Source: Owenia fusiformis (lineage: Eukaryota). From it: 64,000 bases of DNA. Shown here in pieces: positions 1 to 13,689 of this stretch. The notes beneath the pieces are model-generated. The model did not search any database, was not told where the DNA came from, and saw nothing but the letters and a program-made list of their open reading frames with translations. The first letter of the stretch is position 1. Every line of letters starts with the position of its first letter. Where the stretch lies: positions 47,740,001 through 47,804,000 of the forward strand of contig CAIIXF020000001.1 of assembly GCA_903813345.2 (NCBI GenBank). Reading direction: 5' to 3'. A program made the translations under genes and the position numbers.

Positions 1-1977
1 ATTTCTAACATGAAAAGCAGAAAGATTTTCTCAGTATCAGAACGTAGGATCACCATACAAGGTGTATATAGATCTACGCTTTTATATAAGAAGTTTATAA
101 ATATATTGATATATGCCCCTGACGCATGAGATCGTATTTATAAATGAGAGTTCTTCCTAATTTAGTGTCTCTATTATTCTCGGAAGATGTATTCATTGAG
201 GTATAGCAAGATAAGTCAAAGGGACAAGTTTGTCGAATAGCCGATAATTACGTTCTAGTGTTTTGATCGTAGAGATCATCCGCTCATTGTCCCTTATGAT
301 GGCCACGGGCATGGTGCGTAAGGGTCAATTAAAGATATTTATTCATGTTATTGTTCTAAAATCAGTTTGCGTTTGGCCTGTTGAAACTTCACCTCGCCCT
401 CGCACTCTGCTGCAAATAATTCATTATATAGTATGCGAAACCTAAAGTGATGTATGTGTGACATACGTATACAAGACATGTACATAATATTTACGAACGA
501 TCTCCAAAATTAAAGTTGCTTCGATCAAAATTCGATATTCCCTCACAAATCCAGGGCAGTGGAGCTGGGGATCTAGCATTGAAAGTTAATCTAAAATATC
601 ATCTGTATTATCCGTATTTATCCAATTAGGAATATGAAAACTGGCAAACAAGATAAAACATTGTATTAATCGCCGACAGGGACAAGAGATGTCCTTTTTG
701 CTTACCCGTAGAAACAATCAATGGTATTAGTCTTGACAGATAGCGTGGTGGTACATCTGCTCCATCTGATTTGGGTCTTAACCTACACTAGACGAAACAA
801 GGACATGATTCAAACGATCTTAATTGTGAGATAACTAAATGAACCAAGATGTCAAAAAAGCAATATTTGGTCATTTCATTTTGTTTTTGGAGAAATAAGT
901 GAACTAGAGTTATCCAACCGTTCTGTTTTAAACCAAGTTACGGATTAACGGAATACAATCAACAATGCTAAAATGAGGCAAATCCTACAGAACTAATCGA
1001 AACTATGTATTATGTCTGAATATGTAGATTAGAGAGGTCAATACCTTACAATTTCGGGAAATACTAGAGACAGCTACCATTTCAAGGGGCATATCGGAGT
1101 AAATGTGTTTTTCACTAAAAATAGACGCCCTTTTAAAAAAGAAAAATATCTGTTTGAAGATGTTCTTTCAACAAGAATCCCATATAATAGTGAATGATAA
1201 TTACTTGTAAATTATATCCATAAGTGTGTAGTCGACAAAACAGGCCGATATGGACACGCAGAACAGTTTCCAACTTCCCCGCCGATATGAGCTATGAAAG
1301 GAAGCGTTACGTTTATCCAATAAATGCTAATAACAATCATGTTAGTCATTCTCTTACAACTTTGAGAGGGAGACACTCGAAAACGATAAGTTCCACCTTT
1401 CCGGAAAACCGGGTACGTTTAAGGCATCAATTGATGCATATTTCGTTTATAATTATCTCTAGCATAATGTATTATCGACTAAGAATAATGAGTTATACGT
1501 GGTAATTTACACCTTTTATTTCAGTACCAGTTAATATGATACACGTGAAAATACAATATGCCGCTCATATGGCAATTAACTAATCCAAAAATGAAATCAA
1601 TGAAAGTGCTGCTGTAAGACGATACTCTATTTATTACGAGCAATGATGCTAAATTATGCTATCAATGATCCACATCTCTATTGTCATGTCTCTTCCAGCG
1701 GTAGAGGCAGCCTCACGACCTGGGCTGGTGAAGTACTTGGCCGAGACCATTAAATATCATGGAAAACAAACGTATGAGTCAAAATTACAAAACATCGAAC
1801 TACACTTGTTTTCAAAAATCTGGGAAAACACCTGAATACCCATTGGACCACCTATGATATTAGTCTACTTACGTTTTGAGTTTTAGAAACAATTCAAAAA
1901 CAATTCCAAATGTTTTCATTCAGTGTTGAAATTGTACTGTTTAGTGTGGAAATTGCGCCCATTATTAAAGGGGGTGA

Positions 1978-2196
1978 CTTGTACCATTTAGTGAGAAAGG
2001 TTGCATTCAGAGAGGACATGTAACCGTTTACTTTGTATTCTTTTCCTGGGAAGCTCTATACCATTTGATAGGGAGGTTGTGCTATTTACTTACGATATTG
2101 TAACAGTCAGTTGAGAAATCATACCATTTAATGAAGACGTTGTACCATTTACTTTGGAAATTATATTCTTTAGTTGGGAAGTTGTACCATTTAGTC
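1978..2196. repeat. Degenerate ~21-bp minisatellite
   Basis: Recurrent ttgtaccattta(g/c)t motif at ~21-bp spacing. Confidence 0.55.
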
Positions 2197-3564
2197 AGAT
2201 ACAATGCCTCGTTCCTGATTGATCAGATGTCACTAATTGAATTAAATGGTTGAGCGATTCCATTACAGAGAGTTTCACGGAGGAAGTTATAAGATTCATC
2301 TCATAAACCATCTTGGCGAGAGTCCTGACAATGCATTTAATACTTAGATTTTCATTAATGTACAGTATTTGTACCCTTTCATGTTCTGCTCACTGGTACT
2401 TCTTTCTAGCAATAATCCGAGCACCATCCGCCAAGCCAGGATCAGGTAGTTCCTGATATATCTGTTATTTAAACACTTCTAGAGATATATTAAAGACTAC
2501 TTGATCGTTTCGTGTATTTTGCAATAGACTTCATATTTTGTAAGCTTAGTTTGTTTGTTAGATAGAAAGTTTACGTTTTGTCAATGAGCTTTGTCAATAT
2601 GACATGTTTTATACTATTCGTTTTCACGAGTTATTTCACATATAAACGCGGTCTCCAGGAGAGCCTGGGGTTCGTGAGGTTGAAATACCTGGCCAAAAAG
2701 CAAATTATAACAAAAACACAAACAATATCAGAAAACAATAAAACGTATTAGATTATTCATGGATTTCCTGTAAAGTCGTGCGCGTAGAATAAAATCGAAG
2801 AGTCTGAGACATAATTGATTATAGAGCTGCGATTATATGTTATTTTGAAGAAAATTAACTTGAATTTGACAAGCTTCTTTGGGTAATTAGATGGTATGGA
2901 CATGCAAAATTGATCCATAGGTTGTTCAAGTGAAATAAGTAATAATGTAAACCCTTTGAATTGAAATTCAGAAGCATGTCAAGAAGATACGTTAGTGTTT
3001 TTTCAGATTGCCGGCGTTTTTCAATGCAAATATTTCTCTTTTAAATAGCCTCTGGTATCGATTTATTTCGTTTCCAATTATTTGCTCGAAGGTAGTTAAC
3101 GACATGCATGTTTTTAAACCTCTTTCGCATCATTTATTTTTTCGCTGGAACTAAGATACGGTATCTGATGGGGCTGTCTCTGGAAAATAACTCGAAGATC
3201 CGAAAATCCCAATATCGGAAATAGATTCTCAATGACGTGGAAATTGTGTGCTTAGCATGTCATTCTAGTTCTCCATAGTAAAGTGATGAGTCTATTTATT
3301 TTTTAATTCTATTTTCGTTAAGCAAATCCATGCGTGTCTAGAAGACATTGCTTTCGAAGCTGCCACCAAGCTAAGTGTATATTATCTCAGTAAATAACAA
3401 TCTAAAATTAGACTTCTGATTTTTGTTTCAGTACGTGAGATGTCCAACCTTATACAAGAATGAACCTCTGAAAGACATCGTTACAAAAGCTACAAAAATC
3501 CCACAATGACTATCAAATAATCTTACTAAAACATTGTTTACGTATAATCAACGAGACAATCACG

Positions 3565-6500
3565 ATGAATTTTAAATTCAACTTTGGTTATGAGCTGCCG
3601 TCTGTTCCGGTGCCTTCGTGTTGTTGTGGGTGGTTTGCGAGGGACGCAAGGGGATGGATGATCTGCCTTGCTGTTCTTATCATCACCGTTATTCGCAGTG
3701 GTATCACCTACAGCTTTGGTATCTTTGTTGTTAAACTCGAAGATACCTACCACAAACCATTAGCTGAACAAAGTAAGAATTCCGAAACCTAATGTACTAA
3801 TGCTCTTTTCTTTTCGCAATCTGTCTTTTATTATTCTATACACATGTCTATTCATCAAATTAATCTTTCGAGGACATATGGCAACTGGACCAATTAAACT
3901 CAACTACCACGTGTTTTAATGTACCATTCATACATGACTATATGTGTGTTATTTTATAATTAGCAATATGCAAAACCATTACTTGATTATGCATTGTCCA
4001 AGTGAATTTAAAGTGTTCATTGGCATCAACAGTGTTTAATCTTACACCTTTCAGTAGAATAGACAGTTCAATTAACCCCTTCTCGTATGTTCTTGTTACA
4101 CATCGATATTGATGTTCATTTCAGATTGGATTGGGACATTATCGTTTGCCATTTCTCTATCGTTCTCACCTCTGTCTGTTATGCTGATCCGGTATTTAGG
4201 GCCCAATGGGTATAGAATAACTGGTATCGCAGGAACGTTATGCCTCAGCATAAGTTGTCTTGGATCATCGTTCATCCATTCTCAAGAATGGTTATTTTTA
4301 ACCCATAGCTTACTCTATGGAGTTGGCTCCAGCTTAATTTACATGTCGTCCAGTTTAATAATAGGGGACTATTTTGATAAATCGCACAACCTCCACGTGC
4401 TGGCCACCAGTATATTATTATGCGGGTATCCTGTGGGTAAGTTCATCTGTTTATAGTTTGGGTCACTTAATTTTTGAACATGCTTTTATAAGAAATTGTT
4501 TCGTGTTTAAACGGAAGAAAAACACCTCTGGATACAAAAAATTGATTTTAACTTCTCTCGATTCAAAGTGCATCTTTAAAGCAATTGTATTGATTCTTTT
4601 CCATAGGTAGTCTGTTGTTCAACCCACTAAACGCATGGATTTTGGAGTCGTATGGTTGGCGAGTGGCTTTCAGGGCATCGAGTGGTCTGATCCTCGTCAT
4701 AGGCTTAGCCTGCTGTACCCTCTTTAAGCCAAAGTCCAAACCGGGATACACTGAAGAGAAATTAGACGACGAAAACCCTTCGATTGAGGAGGAGAAAATA
4801 GAAGAAAAGAAAAATAGCTTTAGTTTAAAGCCATGGTCCAGTCTGAAAGAAGTCCGTCGAAGACCAGAAATCGTTTTATGGCTGGTCGGCAATTTCCTTA
4901 GCTATTTAGGATTCTATATGCCATTTCTTAATTTGGTAGGAATAATTTAGAGTTTCATTGGATATATTCAAAGTCTAGTAATCATCTAATCTTGAAATAA
5001 TGAAATCAGACTGATATTTACCTAGAATATTTCTTCTGTTCCTTTAAATCATTGTGCCTACAGTAGATAGAGTACTCTAGCTATTTATTTCTCCTATTTA
5101 ACTTTGAAACGTCCCAAATAAATATCAGTCTTTGACAAAAATACAACTCTTAGGGAGTTTCATAGTTTCAACATTTATCATTAACGCCAATGATCCATGT
5201 CACTTGCGAAATCTAAATTGAAATAATTCCATCCGCGATTAAAATACGATTCGCGATCAGAATACAAGTTTAATTTAAATTCGACTTATGACGTGCAAGG
5301 ACCTGGGGACAATTCGGGAAATGCGGGCTGATCTCAGCTTTGAGCGTTAATCTCTGCCTCATTTAAAAAGCTAACTATGTGTTTTATATACCTTTTTGAA
5401 GTATTTTTTATTTGCATTTCAGTGAAATTATTTTTCCTTCAAAATTTTGATGGGATCCTACATATTTTTAAAGTTAAATATACCCCGACATCGTCAAATA
5501 CGCTGTAAGACGTAACACTTTGCGCTTACGGGGCTCGTTGAAATTGGGACAACTTTTGAAATAATGATCAAAATCGCACTAAAATTTCACATTTTATTCA
5601 ATCGAACATGTGCATTTATGACGTCACAATTGCTTGACGGCTACAGTTCAAATTATCTTAAAACGAACGCTTTTAAAAATTTAAAAATTGTGTAAGGTTT
5701 TGAAGGCGAATGGGACGAGCAATAAGTTTACCTTCATTTAACCTTCTAATTTAGGTCTGATTTGAAAGAAAAATTAACTGCACAATATCGTCATGGCGAA
5801 ATTTACAAAACAATAACCAGTTTGTCTATTTTGCAAGTAATATTAAAATAATAGCTGGTTTTCGAGACTTGAAAAAATGTGACGCATCGATTTTGTACCA
5901 CAAATTCCATACATATCAATATTTACTAACGCCCCAAATGGATTTCTTGACCGTTTTTCAAAATTCAAAAACATTTTAGAAATATTGTCCTCGAGATCTT
6001 GCTACCCTGTGAATTTTGTAAAGATTAGATAAGGATAAAGTATTTTATTTTTAGGTTGAGTAAACTTGTAAAAAATGTGACGCTTGTCGTTTTTGACGTT
6101 GTAAAGCTGTTTGCGCCCTATACTGCTCATTGTTTTGTTTTGGTTTTTTGACGCCATAATGTTACGCTAATTGTCCCCAGTTTCGTGCGACGTGTAACTG
6201 GGATTTGGCATGAATTTTCCATTTTAGGCATTCTACATGGACAAACGAGGTATAGATACAGTCCAGAGTGCCTGGGCCTTGACCCTTTTGAGCCTGGTAG
6301 AGTGTATTACATACGTCATTTCTTCCATTATCGGCGACTTTTTCAAAGGACGGCTGGTGTTCGTTAATCTGTTCGCCTCGGTAGCTCTTTGTATCATATG
6401 CTTCATGTGGCCCTTTGTAGACGTTGGTTACGATGCAATACTCGCTCTTTCCTCAGGTGTGTATGAGTAAATGTAAATTAATGTAAATTACGTCATGTAT

Positions 6501-7796
6501 GTTGAGGTGCACATCATTAAAAAATCCTGCTGTGAATATGTCCGCCCGATCCCTTATTACGTCATCGCCGTCGTAAAATGTAGTAAAACTGATATGATGC
6601 TTCAAAATCAAAATTTGGAAGTGTAGAGGTAAGGCAAGATTTAATGAAAATTATATTAATAACTTTAACGTTAACACTAACATGTATGTTATGCGTTCTT
6701 CGTTATTATAACGCTGCATCTTGTTTTGTTGCAGTAATGGGCGCGTTTCTAGGCCTTACAATAGTGTATACTTACGCGGCATCTGGTGAAGTGACGCAGC
6801 TACCAATAGATGTCGCTTGGTCGCATACTAACATGTGGTGTGGATTTGGCATACTTCTAGGACCACTGTTTTCTGGTGAGTATGCCTACACATCACAACT
6901 CTAGTTCTAGTTTGTTTAACCTGCCTTCCAATCCTGATTTTACAATTGTGAAACGCGCATGACGGAAATAAGTAAAGATGTTTGTAAAATACGATAAGCA
7001 TAGATAAACAAAGATGTCGTGTATGTATGAAGTCAATACTACCGTTCAAACAAACTCCAATATGCATCTACATTCAGCCGAGAGCTAAAGTAAAGTTTCC
7101 CGAAAAAATTCTCAATCACCTTGTTATGGTATGGACATAATTAAAGATCTAAGACAAAAAATGTACAATTATATGATTTACTGCAAAATAAGCTTCACAA
7201 TTAAAATTTGTATGATACAAAATCAACCCCTTAATTGGCATATTTGGAAAATAGACACGGCAAGAAATGCTGTGAATGTCAATTTGCGGTAACTTTAATA
7301 AAAGTTTACATCAACTCGTCTCTTATGCTGCAAAGGTCTTCTAGAGGACCTCCATGGTCCAGTTGCCCTTTGCATTCGTTCGACTTCACTTCTTAAAAGA
7401 GAGCTTCGTAGTTTATAATTAGACTCTGCGTGCAGGGTAGTTACTAATCGACAATCAAATAAGTTTTATTGAAATTTTGCACTTGTTTACTTAGGTACAA
7501 TCTACGATATACGTCAGTCGTATGATGACGTATTCTATGTCATCGGAACTCTGTACCTCTTGGGAACAGTTATATTTGGGACGATAATACTAATTGGGAG
7601 ACTACGAGATAAAAATAAACTTGAATACGAAGAGTTCAACGACGAACCTGTCACAAACTACAAAGACACTTTCAGAGTGACAAAGCGGTCTATATCCACG
7701 GGAAATATGGATAGCGATGACGACAGTAGCCGTTGTAGTAGCTCTGACAACAAACCAATACGTTATTCTGAGAATACACCCATCGGGCAACCTTAA
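3565..7796 (+). CDS. MFS monocarboxylate transporter-like (SLC16 family), copy 1, 6 coding exons, 506 aa
   Basis: Exons 3565-3772, 4125-4436, 4607-4935, 6228-6456, 6735-6875, 7495-7796; all GT-AG, phases consistent, 1521 nt. SLC16-like motifs (RGWMIC..SFGIF, WIGTLS, YGWRVAFR, LGFYMPF, GPLFSGTIYD..SYDDVFY), central charged loop. In-frame TGA at 3469 supports ATG 3565. Confidence 0.88.
5283..6200. mobile_element. ~0.9-kb MITE in intron 3 of copy 1 only
   Basis: Imperfect TIRs (ttatgacgtgcaaggacctggggacaatt / aattgtccccagtttcgtgcgacgtgtaa); absent from copies 2/3 (tgcgac|agatttgg). Confidence 0.75.
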
Positions 7797-7966
7797 CTCA
7801 CCATACCAAACGTGACACACAGACACATAGAATTTGTCTGCCTGGAATGCTGGCATGCATTGAAGAGATACATCTTGCTATAATCATTCTGTGTCGCCAA
7901 GGTTCCACAAGCTTCGTACAATTGGACCAAATGAAGTTTTTGTTGTAACTAATTAGTTCCGTCTAA

Positions 7967-8129
7967 TGCCTCAGTCATTTGATCTACGGCAAACGTACGT
8001 CGGTCGTAGCTTCCCAAAATCGAGAGAAATATGCAGCATGAAATAAAGGCACGATGTAGATTTGCTATATCGATTTTGTGAAGCTACGGGCGCCATACGC
8101 TCGTCGTAAGAGCAAATTTAACTAAGGCT
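7967..8129. mobile_element. Fold-back MITE (Tourist/Harbinger-like) 3' of the stop codon; also ~25716-25880 and ~41706-41872
   Basis: Arms are imperfect reverse complements over ~65 bp (gcctcagtcatttg..cgtagcttcccaaaatcga / tcgattttgtgaagctacg..caaatttaactaaggc); TAA/TTA-like flanks. Confidence 0.65.
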
Positions 8130-8499
8130 TAAATATCTTTGGAATGTTTCAAACTTGTTTCCTGGGCCCAAGGTTTCGGAACAAGATTAGACGGTTTAAA
8201 ATATTAATAACTGTACTAAAGAATAGAACTTTAGCAATTGGACTTCGTGTACATATACTCATATGGTTCATCATAAGGCTGTGAATTTAAACTAAAGTGA
8301 ATCAAAATCAATAGAATACTGTATAAAGTAATAGAATAGAAAAATAGATAGGATGTATACGTATGACATTACACCTGTACACAGATTGCATCTGTGAATC
8401 GTTGTCAAAAGAATTTACCCACCAGTTATCATAGATATGTACTTTAGTAGTTTGAATTATTGGAAATATAGTTTAGATTTACCACTTATATATTTGCTT

Positions 8500-9146
8500 A
8501 TTATCCCAACGAACGAAGTTCGGTAGGGATATAGCGAGGCCGTCCGTCCGTCGTTCGTCTGTCCGTTCGTCCGTCCGTCAACAATAGTGGCACGTTTTAA
8601 AACCTCTGTCGATGGGATTCCTGTTTTAAGTTATTTCTGTTCAACATCAATACAGAAAACTCCCCTATGACTCCTGGTTCAAAAGCTCGCCTATTTTCAA
8701 AATGGCTGCCATTTTTGTCTCACGAAATTCACTTTTGACCCAATTCCTAGCATTACAAATAATTTCAGGTGTCCTACATTGTAAACATCCATGTCAATGT
8801 AAATCGTAGATATATGAAATAATTTTGTAACAAAAAATCAGCGAAAAATTATATCCATTTTTTTTATTTTCAGCCATTTTAGTTAACATTGATTTGTCCA
8901 TCCGACTCGCGAAATCCACTTTTCCGTCAACAACAGTGGCACGTTTTAAAACCTCTGTCGATAGGATTCCTGTTTTAAGTTATTTCTGTTCAACATCAAT
9001 ACAGAAAACTCCCCTATGACTCCTGGTTCAAAAGCTCGCCTATTTTCAAAATGGCCGCCATTTTTGTCTCGCGAAATTCACTTTGACCCATTTCCTAGCA
9101 TAACAAATAATTTCAGGTGTCCTACATTGTAAAAATCCATGTCAAT
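8500..9146 (+). mobile_element. Helentron-associated (HINE/DINE-1-like) element with internal ~350-bp tandem repeats
   Basis: TT site, terminal hairpin atcccaacgaacgaagttcggtagggat, (GTCC)n microsatellite, repeat units at 8579 and 8928. Confidence 0.7.
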
Positions 9147-9393
9147 ATTGTTATGTTCATAGAAATAAACTAGCACAACCATTTTGATAATATTGTGTTT
9201 TAAAGTAGAAAGTACTCATTGTGAAAGATATGACCGTCTTAAATCACTTGCCATACTGCACGTGGTCTTTTCATCAAAGTGCACCCTGACCTTAATCAAT
9301 TTTTAGATCTTTCATATAAACAAATACTATGTCTACTCCCTGTCCATCCGATGCTATTAGCAAAATCCCTATTTCTGCATCTTTCTTTGATGA

Positions 9394-11024
9394 TGCCTAT
9401 GTGACCAAGGCATCACATAGGCTCCGATTTTTACAAAGGCGCCCGGCCGATGAGTATTTTGTACAAAATCGGCCGGCTGGCATCGTACGGGCGCCGGGCG
9501 ATGATCGCCACTCATCGGCCGATTTTTAGACATCGTACGGGCGCCGGCAGAGTTTTATCTCGGAGATAAAAGTTGCCGATGTCTTGGCGATTTTTTCTCA
9601 ACCAAACTAATCGGTACCTACCCGGCCGTGTCCCGTCCGGTCATCGTACGATTATCTTACGGCGCCCGGTGGCATCGAACGGTCGTCTTGGGATTTTGCG
9701 TGCTGATTTGTTTGATATATCTTAATAATGATTACTTATAAAGTGATATAAAGGTTTTAAAAATAATGAGTTATTGAATTATAATTACTACACTGTCAGA
9801 GATTTTTCATAAAACATAAATGGAACGATTAGGCTTACTGTAAAACAATGACACACATTTGAATGGTTGGTTGGTTGAGTTGATCTAGTCATTCTTAGCT
9901 TATATTGACATTAATCGTGTATGTTTAATTTGTCATACACATTGAATAGAATGCATATACCATTACAAATCATTTATTTAAAAAATCTTCTGAATGTATT
10001 TGTGAGTACAGTATTTTCAACGGTCACAATTTTAATATGCGAAAGTTCACTGTCTCAATTACAGTTAATATGCCAAAGGCTAAGGATAGAGCTGGGGATA
10101 AGGCCAATGGGCCATGTATGAGGAAGGCCTTGGGAAGACAGGTGGAAAAAGACAATAACAATGCTAGTGAGCTGGTGGATGATGAAGATTTAGATGTGTC
10201 TAGGGAAGAGGGTATTCCACTTGAAATAGAAGAAAAAATTGCCAAGTTCTTTGAAGATAGGCCATATTTTTATGACCAAACAAATTCTCTTTACGAGAAC
10301 AGACAAAAGAAAGATGCAGAAATAGGGAATTTCGCTAATAGCATCGGAATGGACAGTTAGACATTGTATTTATAGTATTTATATGAAAGATCTAAAAATG
10401 AATTAAGGTCAGGGTGCACTTTGAAGACCACGTGCAGTATGGCAAGTGATTTTAGACGGTCGTATCTTTCACCATAAGTACCTGGGCATAAATACAGTGT
10501 TTTTATGAAAACAATATGTTTTCTTTCCATTGAAGTACCCATGATAGTAAAAATATCAATGAAACAATTTGAAAAATTATGAGTAGGGACCCCATGTCAG
10601 CATTTTTTTCTAAATATTGAACCTATTTACTCAAAAGAGGATCTTCTTTTTCTGATTTTTATTGCATGAAAACATTATTATCCTGGAAGTCCTGTCTATC
10701 GAAGTATTTCGTTTTCAAATCTTGCATTCACGCCATGTGGAACAGTCATACTGGGTCATACAAGAATTTAGTATAAATCTAGAGGCCTGTAGATCGACCG
10801 ATGTCCTGGCGGGTGCCGTACGGCCATCGGCAGATAGCCTTGCGATACCCGTGCGATGTCTCTCAGATTCAATTGATTGCGGGCGCCGTACGATGCCTGT
10901 ACTAATGTGACCATACTCACGATTAGATCAAGACATCGGTGAAAAGTCACCGGCGCCCTGTCGATTTAGAAATCGGCCGATGACTACTCATCGGCCGGCG
11001 CCCGGCGGCTATGTGACCTAGGCA
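9394..11024 (+). mobile_element. Non-autonomous PIF/Harbinger-like element with a partial MADF (Myb/SANT-like) ORF
   Basis: Termini tgcct..tcacatagg / ctatgtgacctaggca, tga/tta flanks, GC-rich subterminal inverted repeats; ORF 10037-10360 contains EEKIAKFFEDRPYFYDQTNSLYENRQKKD, resembling the N-part of MADF; Harbingers carry such a second ORF. Confidence 0.7.
10407..10720 (+). mobile_element. End fragment of a TTAA-flanked (Kolobok-like) MITE family; an opposite-orientation end at 9207-9291
   Basis: TTAA|ggtcagggtgcactttgaagaccacgtgcagtatggcaagtg; same family as 14765-15495. Confidence 0.6.
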
Positions 11025-12552
11025 TTAGTCACTGAACTATACACATACAATTTTTAAAAAATGTATTCCTGTATTCTTTAGTATGTTGTATTGATACATT
11101 GTAAAACATTTACATGTCTTTGATTAATCACGTACCTTTTCCTTATTTATTTAGGGTTTTTAATGGCCGGGATTAATCAACTTCGAGAAATGTTAAAACA
11201 TTTGTTGATCTTTTTAAATCATTTATTTAACGAGACTTTAAGACAAAACTTGTTTCAATCGTTAATACATATGATTTATGTGAACCATTATTCAGTTATA
11301 CGAATATCTATCCGTTGTATAACGTACATGTAACACTTCATTAACGTAGTTCTAATAAACTAAGTGGCAAGCTGTAAGTGGCAAGCTCACTTCCTTATAA
11401 TTTGATATCTTTGTCATGTTGCATCGAGCATATTTAAGAAGTTGTATGAAATAATTTTGTTACAAATAATTGGCAAAAAATGATATCCGTTTTTTTCAGC
11501 CATTTTACTTAACATCGATTTGTTCATCTGTCTCTCAGTCAGTCCAAATAGTTGCAAGTGGCTTGAAATAATTTTGCAGCAAAAAATTAAGTCGTTTAAC
11601 CACGTGTGTTATTTTCCCTCGGTAGAGTAGATGTTTTTTGCTGTCTCAGGCCGCAGCTGTTTTAAAGTGTATAAAAATATTTGTTTCCCTTTAGACCTTT
11701 ACAGTTGCATACTGTAATTTTTAAATGCACCAGTCTGGATGTTTTAACATTGAATAACCATTTGTTTTAAATCGCCATATTTTGGTAAATAAATACAAAC
11801 CGGACCTCATAAAGTTGCAGTTTATAATACGCGTTGAGTTGATCATACCGCAGAGTACCAAATAAACGTAGCCCCATGCCCGAGCTATGATACAGTTGAG
11901 CACACTGAACGTATCGGAAAAACAACCCTATAATTCACGCCACCTACCCTGCACGTAGAGTCTAGTTGTAAACTACGAATTCGAAGCTCTCGTTTAGACG
12001 TGAAGTCGAACGAATGCATTTAGGGTACACGCCACCATAGTAGCCAATGAGCAAAAGGGCAAACGCCTTGTTTTTGATTTATGGATAGTTTTGGCTCCGT
12101 GACACTACCCCCTCTCTCTCTGCTGCCAGAAAATGAAATTCACAAAAATGAAGCCAAAATAAATACGCCATTTGATTCGAGATTTTCCTTCAAATAATCC
12201 AAATAAACGCATTAATTTTCTTATGAAGAATGGTATGTTATTGCAAAGGAAGACAACAGTACCTACATACCAGCTTACTTACTCGTCATGATCACAATTG
12301 TGTTGGAACTACATCCTTTTTTAAAAACTACTTTTTTCGATTTAGCGGAAGTGTATTAGGGTATTTTGACCATCATGAGGCCTTGTTATTACGCGGGTAA
12401 GTGCTGATGGACCGATTACCACAACCCCTGATCATAGTGCGCTTCATTATCAACCCTTATTGTAGCTCCGTTAGCATACACGCTCTTGGCATCATTACTA
12501 GCGTTCCCTATCTATGCAACCAATGCCATCATGAGAAACCATGGATTTCTAT

Positions 12553-12830
12553 ATCCATTACCATACAACCATCCTAGATCTATTGCCATACCAGTACAAC
12601 CCCTATTAAAGATCCATTATCAGACGACCCCTATCATAAATTCATTACCATATACAACCCCTATCATAGATCCATTACCATACAACCCCTATCATAGATC
12701 CATTACCATACAACCCCTATCACAAAACCTTCACCATATACAGACCCTATCATAGATCCATTACCATTCAACCCCTATCACAAAACCTTCACCATATACA
12801 ACCCCTATAGACCCATTGCTCCATATATCT
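12553..12830. repeat. ~28-bp minisatellite (atagatccattaccatacaacccctatc)n
   Basis: About 10 units; paralogue 29577-29910 has about 2 more. Confidence 0.9.
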
Positions 12831-13689
12831 ATACCACTTATCAAAACTTCAAATACAAGTATACGCTGCAAAAATAATAGGGTAGCTTTATCTCCCTCTT
12901 GCATTTAATAATTCTGAACGAGGTGTGTCGACACCTCTTGACAGTGAACCATTCCGTGTCACTGGGTTTGTTGACATTGCAAAGGAATACAACTGCTCAT
13001 TTCAGTAAAACTGGTGATCTTACCCTACGGAAATAAGGATAGTGTTTCACAGCTAGGCGCGCGAAGCATAAATGAAGTCTTTTGAAGAAGGATGCGTCAA
13101 TCAGTCGTGACAAACATGAAATTCTATTTCAGTATACATAGAATCAAATGCAACGCGTAATGACACGTCGATGGTGCTTTATGTGCGCAGAGCATGATGA
13201 AGTGTGTTTTATATGTAAGCTTGATATCGGAAATGTAACTGAAAAGAAAATCAAGAAATATTTGACTGTAGGGAAACTAAATTAGTTGTAATGTTTAATG
13301 CATAAGTCTTGCAATTAAACAGTATCTCATTACCATCTCGAAATGTCTGTAATTCACTCATTTGCCATTCATTTCTTATTGAAAAGACTCTTATAAGTGC
13401 GCTGGAACAAGAGGATGAACTGACGTATAATGGTGTGATTGCAATCTAATTCCATTATATGTATTGTTGGTTACATATCATACATCATGTTGATTTTAAA
13501 GTTACATTAGATTTCAGTTTGTTAAACAATCACACCATGCATAATAGCTGTTAAGAAAATATATTCATTACAACATGTCCGATTTCATTCGAAGAGCATG
13601 TGACGTGATGAAATCCCATGATTTTAAATTTTTAGAAAACAATTTCCGAAATTATACTTAAAAACAAACAATTTTATCCTTTAATATGA

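Noticed and set aside
4563..4892. Antisense ORFs over transporter, pol and CYP exons (e.g. 16920-17294, 23049-23552, 50769-51116)
   Set aside because: Shadow frames of real coding sequence.
12486..12830. Regular ~28-bp repeats / Pro-Tyr-Ile ORF as CRISPR array or gene
   Set aside because: Head-to-tail units without unique spacers, eukaryotic context, no cas genes; the ORF is a by-product of the minisatellite.
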